From Amoebophrya sp. A120 (Eukaryota; Protista; Dinoflagellata), in assembly GCA_905178155.1 (NCBI GenBank), contig CAJINV010000002.1, forward strand, positions 13,088,480-13,152,479: 64,000 nucleotides of DNA, written 5' to 3'. Of the stretch, positions 61,101-64,000 are shown one piece after another. Both the position numbers and the translations under genes were made by a program. Below the pieces are notes generated by a model. It was given only the letters and a program-made list of their open reading frames with translations, did not search any database and was not told where the DNA came from. The first letter of the stretch is position 1; each line of letters starts with the position of its first letter.

Positions 61101-64000
61101 GTTTTTTCTTTCGCTTGATACACTCCGAGCTCTCACTGTGCCTGCTGGAGGAGCTTGTCCACATTTTCGAAAAGGCCGATGATGGAAAGACTTCCGTGGC
61201 TCGCCAGCAGATGGAGATCAACTACAGCCGGGCTCGCGAGCAGCAAGAAAAAGCCAACGACCCAACACCAGTGGTCGAACTCGGGCGTCAGCAATGTGAA
61301 ACAGACCCTCCTAATTCGTTTGAGGGCAGCAGTCAAGGTGTCTCTGTAGCAGAAACAAGTGCTGGCGTGGCGAGCGATGAAGAAGCAGAGGTGGTGGGCC
61401 AACAAGAGGCGGCACAGCAGGAAAACATCGGCGATCAGGGCGGCGACGCGGGGGTTATGTTCCAAGCCTCTGCTGCCCGTGGCGTGCGACACCCAGCTGC
61501 GTGCTATTCGCTGTCTTCCGGTGCAAGTTCAGTCGGCGGAGACGAGGACATGGGCGTCACGATGGACGAATATCAGTTACCGCGAAGCCAGGACGCCACG
61601 GGGGGCGCCCCGCGGCGATTCTTCTCGCCGACAGTAGAGGAATCGCACGAAGCTTCTATCGCTGATTTTGACGCCAGAAAAATAACGCCAACAAGGGCGG
61701 AGAGGCGAAGTGCGGTCCAGCAGAAGCCAGAGGTGTCGGGCGATGCCGTAAACCCAGGAACTAGTACAAGAACAAAGATCAGCGGAGCAGTGCAAACGGG
61801 CCAATATGGGGTAAGATATCGGAACGATTTCGAGGTAACGCATGAACCTCTCTTGCTGCCCGAGAATAGTTTGGACGACGCCGTTCCTGCAGCACTGGTT
61901 GGAGTCCCGAACGCAGGTTCACTCTATCAGTATGTCGCTGCGCCCGCACAAGCACCTACCTCAAATCCACTGCACACTTTGCAGGACCACAGCGAACGCG
62001 CCAGCATCTTCAAAAGTGTACTCATACGATGGAAGAAAGCTTGGGGACTTACGGAGGCAAGCGACCTGTCCTCTGCCTTGCCTCAGCCGTTGCGCGCTGT
62101 GCTGGACACCGTGCTCGAGGCCATTGTCGACGCGCACGCAGAAGACGGACAGTCAGCGAAATTCTTTGAGATAGATGAAACCACTGAGAGGACGGACGAG
62201 AGTCTACGTTTAGTTTACGCCAGTGCAAGCGAAGCATATACAAAAGCCGCCTTCCGACAGGAGATGCGGGCCGCAGAAGTAATTCATGCCTTGGCTGTGC
62301 ATCCAGCTGGGCACGTAGACGTGTCCAAGCCTGAACTAAATATGGATGAGCTGTGTGACAAGGCTGCGAAGGAGTTGTGGGGCAATATCTTCGCCAGTCG
62401 CGGCTCCAGTGGAGAATCCCATGAACAACTCCCAGAACTTCTTCGCAGAAGCCATCCCGGCTTCGTTGCGGAATTCCAGCAAAAGATGCTAGAAATGACG
62501 AGGGCACCTAGAACGCGGAAAATGCTGGATACATTTGCAGCCGTGCTTTATTCCCAGGCTCTAAACACCAAGTTTTTCAAAGACAAGATGCAGGGAGGAG
62601 AGGAGTTTGAGAATGGCGGGGCAAATCTCATCAAGTCCATGGATACACTGGGACAGTACCTACACTACAAGGTTATCACGAAGCCGAAGCGCCATTCACA
62701 GGATTTGAGAAATGCTTTCAATGCGCTATTCGCTGAGGCCGAAGACGAGCCTGGGCCACTGTTCGAGCTGGAAAAAGTGGCGAAAAGCCATTTTGCAGAT
62801 GTGTTGCCACCTCCTCGAGGCGCTGCCGACCCTCATGAGGCGGGCGGGAGTGATATTTACCTGCGCCCCGAGCAGCCCGAAGAAGGCGGAGAGACTACTG
62901 ATTTTATCCGACAAGGGAAGTGGTGGATATTTGCTACCCGCATCGCGTGGGCGATGCGACTGCGAAAGTATCCGAGCAAATTAGCTTGGAGCCGCTTTCT
63001 CCAGAGTGAGGAAGGAGCTGGCGCCGAAATGCAAATGGTTGATCTTTCTAGGATCACGCTCGATTTATACCAGCGCAGCTTGGCGAGCACGTCGGACCGC
63101 GGATTTTTGGCGCGACACCGTGTGGCATCAGCGACTCATTTGAAGCTGGTCAAGCTTCTGTGCATCTTGCCGACAGGATATGTGTTCGGGCCGGTTCACC
63201 CAGCCAGTGTTGCAGAAAAGAGTTCATCTGGGCTCGCTTCGATGCCGCAGTTTCCGGAGACGCACACAGCAGACGCCGTGGAGAACCTTGAAGGCCTTGC
63301 GAGACATTTAAGGGATACGCGACTCGGGCTAGCGCCCATCGTCTTGGCGATCGTCGAACAGAAATCGGGCGATGCGGTGAACAGGACCATCGCGGGGTAT
63401 CTCCAGGTGACAAAGATACAGAAACTAGACCGAGTGCTGGTGCCTGCTACTTCCGAGGAGGAAGCCGAATCGGAGACCGACTCCGTTCCTCCGCAGCGCG
63501 GTGCGGTAACGAGAATGTCTGCATCTTCCAAGGAGGAAGCCGAGTCGGATGCCGAGTCGGAGACCGACTCCGTTCCTCCGCAGCGCCGCGCGGTGCCGAG
63601 AATGCCTGCATCTTGCGAGGAGGGTAAGGGCCCCGAGTCGGACAGCAACGGCGTTGTGCCTCCGGGAGAAGGGCTGGACACTGAGTCAGCAATGTTGGCT
63701 GCCAAGATGCGGACGCTTTCCCTCGTCTCTGAAACAGGAGTTGGAGACCCGGAAAATTTTGCTTCTGGTGGATGTGGATCTGTTGCGCTGGGAGGCGGTC
63801 GCCAAGTGCCTCCAACCTGCACTGGGGGCGCGGAAAATGCTCTGTGGGGTGCCAACAACTCGTCGAGAGCTAATGAAGAGCAATCCGCGGGGCACCACAC
63901 TGAGCCTGGCCATCCCACAGGAGATAACACCACGGACGATGTGGATATGTCAGGTCCAAAGTTTGACGGCGGCGGCGACAGCGCGCCAGCGCCGGAAGAT
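31101..64000 (+). CDS. RNF213: Giant RNF213/mysterin-like AAA+ ATPase with RZ-finger E3 module, about 21 exons, 3'-truncated by the window
   Basis: Colinear RNF213 core motifs: SEDAGGGKS, LHLDI, LLFKLVVL, VFISGETGIGKT, VKVHGG, LLFFDEANT, ACNPYR, LVYRV..PPSL|RDSIFEFGSL, VSLRDVER, NEALLENV..LRIPVFIVGKPGSSKSL, QCSPHST, VVVLDEVGLAE.S..LPLKALHPLLE, GLSNWNLDPAKMNRA, YGLRDFYS, RNFGG, FGSSFPED, YDALNQYY, YVNLGLG, PLLNRMEK, WLPGM, then the RZ finger. An unlisted frame from about 61120 read open wherever I translated it and appears to run to 64000. Linkage of the 5'-most exons (31101-33053) is less certain. Confidence 0.92.
32104..32425 (+). mobile_element. DR+IR non-canonical intron
   Basis: DR CTGG (32100/32422, 322 nt apart) with imperfect IR TGCTTGCCAGCACT / AGTGCGGCAGGCG. 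Excision gives GGTAG|FGTNG. Confidence 0.6.
33489..33557 (+). repeat. Acidic (GAC/GAA) coding microsatellite, EDDD repeats
   Basis: A 12-bp period gaagacgacgac encoding DEDDDEDDDEDDDEDDDEDEDEE. Confidence 0.95.
37804..37849. repeat. Perfect 23-bp tandem duplication inside a probable intron
   Basis: cccaaaggaaagcggccgcggac x2. Confidence 0.95.
38840..39498 (+). mobile_element. Introner: 659-nt intron with an 8-bp direct repeat and an approximately 23-bp terminal inverted repeat
   Basis: DR TCCGTCCT at 38832 and 39491. IR ATCTACAGAAAAAGCACACCCATA / TATGGGTGTGCTTTTCCGTAGGA. Removing 659 nt restores the frame (GFRP|ENH), and no GT-AG pair exists at those ends. Confidence 0.9.
40842..41205 (+). 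mobile_element. DR+IR non-canonical intron
   Basis: DR GCT (364 nt apart, frame-restoring: VERL|ADEQ) with IR TATCACA/TGTGATA. Confidence 0.6.
41346..41609 (+). mobile_element. DR+weak IR non-canonical intron
   Basis: DR GGAA (264 nt apart, in frame: HAG|NKDH) with IR CTATCGAA/TTTGATAG. Confidence 0.55.
43732..43989 (+). other. Intact AAA+ module (Walker A GETGIGKT, Walker B LLFFDE)
   Basis: Direct translation; corresponds to the first catalytically active RNF213 AAA unit. Confidence 0.9.
44319..44678 (+). mobile_element. Introner: approximately 360-nt intron with a 20-bp IR
   Basis: GTAAAAACGTCCCCACCCAG (44329-44348) / CTGGGGTGGGGACGTTGTTAC (44647-44667). Excision rebuilds the conserved VYRV..PPSL...(W/F)(D/E)FG.L motif. 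Confidence 0.88.
45407..45684 (+). mobile_element. Introner: 278-nt intron, 5-bp DR + 14-bp IR
   Basis: DR TGACA (45402/45680) with IR TGCAAATATGTCTG / CAGACGTATTTGCA. 278 nt restores the frame (AAD|NSSF). Confidence 0.88.
46478..46726 (+). mobile_element. DR-bounded non-canonical intron related to the previous one
   Basis: DR ATCAA (46473/46722, 249 nt, in frame). It shares CAAATATGTCTGA with the 5' arm of the 45407 intron. Confidence 0.65.
47304..48183 (+). other. Second intact AAA+ module (Walker A GKPGSSKS, Walker B VVVLDE), split by an IR-bounded intron at about 47417-47870
   Basis: Direct translation. The intron arms GCGCAACAAATGTGGC..ATGATTG / CAATCAT..GCCACGCATTTTGCAC are imperfectly complementary. 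Confidence 0.88.
53010..53371 (+). mobile_element. IR-bounded non-canonical intron
   Basis: CCATGCTCACCCTCGCC / GGTGAGGGCAGCATGG. Ends are approximate. Confidence 0.7.
53985..54472 (+). mobile_element. 488-nt intron with DR GTCTA and degenerate IR, also GT-AG compatible
   Basis: GTCTA at 53985 and 54473. Excision restores the frame (SAVY|CASS). Confidence 0.7.
55424..55774 (+). mobile_element. IR-bounded intron
   Basis: GTATCA..TAAAA..CCCCCGCC / GGCGGGGG..TTTTA..TGATAC. The exact junction (349 or 351 nt) is unresolved. Confidence 0.7.
55890..56318 (+). mobile_element. Introner with a 20-bp IR
   Basis: TATCACATAGAAAAGCAAAC (55897-55916) / GTTTGCTTTTCTCTGCGATA (56293-56312), 18/20 complementary. 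Ends are approximate. Confidence 0.8.
56652..56756 (+). other. Variant RZ-type zinc finger (E3 catalytic module)
   Basis: HRACRRFIHVGACGGLGNDDGRLCTVCGGRIGGGH against the RNF213 consensus CPNGH....GECG.......C..C...IGG..H. It is preceded by LWLPGM (RNF213 AFLPTM). Confidence 0.85.
59813..60085 (+). mobile_element. IR-bounded intron
   Basis: GTATG..CAGGGTGGGAAATATT / AGTACTTCCCATCGCCTG..CATAC. Junction unresolved. Confidence 0.65.
60732..61119 (+). mobile_element. IR-bounded intron (degenerate arms)
   Basis: CAAGC..CCCCAT..TACT..AATTTGC / GCAAATT..AGTA..ATGGGG..GCTTG. Ends are approximate. Confidence 0.6.
63450..63613 (+). repeat. Approximately 80-bp coding duplication (EEAESETDSVPPQRxAVxRMxAS x2)
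   Basis: tcggagaccgactccgttcctccgcagcg recurs at about 63470 and 63557. Confidence 0.9.

Noticed and set aside
33124-63933. Numerous minus-strand and alternative-frame ORFs over the giant gene
   Set aside because: Shadow ORFs expected opposite GC-rich coding sequence; none shows a recognisable domain.

Overview
Eukaryotic, intron-rich, roughly 50% GC protist DNA with every confident gene on the + strand. Many introns are non-canonical, bounded by short direct repeats plus sub-terminal inverted repeats. That is the introner signature known from the syndinean dinoflagellate Amoebophrya; the taxon is my inference. In order, the window holds: (1) the 3' end of a gene with a circularly permuted OTU-like protease, followed by a ubiquitin-like ..YKGG motif and a compositionally distinct C-terminal module; (2) a Ubl + DUF4116-repeat gene; (3) an Mps1/TTK-family kinase that appears to splice into a transmembrane helix, 60-aa repeats, a Q-rich region and a coiled coil; (4) two probable secreted coiled-coil genes, one a partial duplicate of that tail; (5) a >33-kb RNF213/mysterin-like AAA+ E3 gene with about 20 introns (>8,800 aa by hand exon sum, still open at the window end), a variant RZ finger, no visible RING and two isolated in-frame stop codons. 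Exon boundaries were inferred by hand from frame arithmetic and motif homology, and several are approximate.
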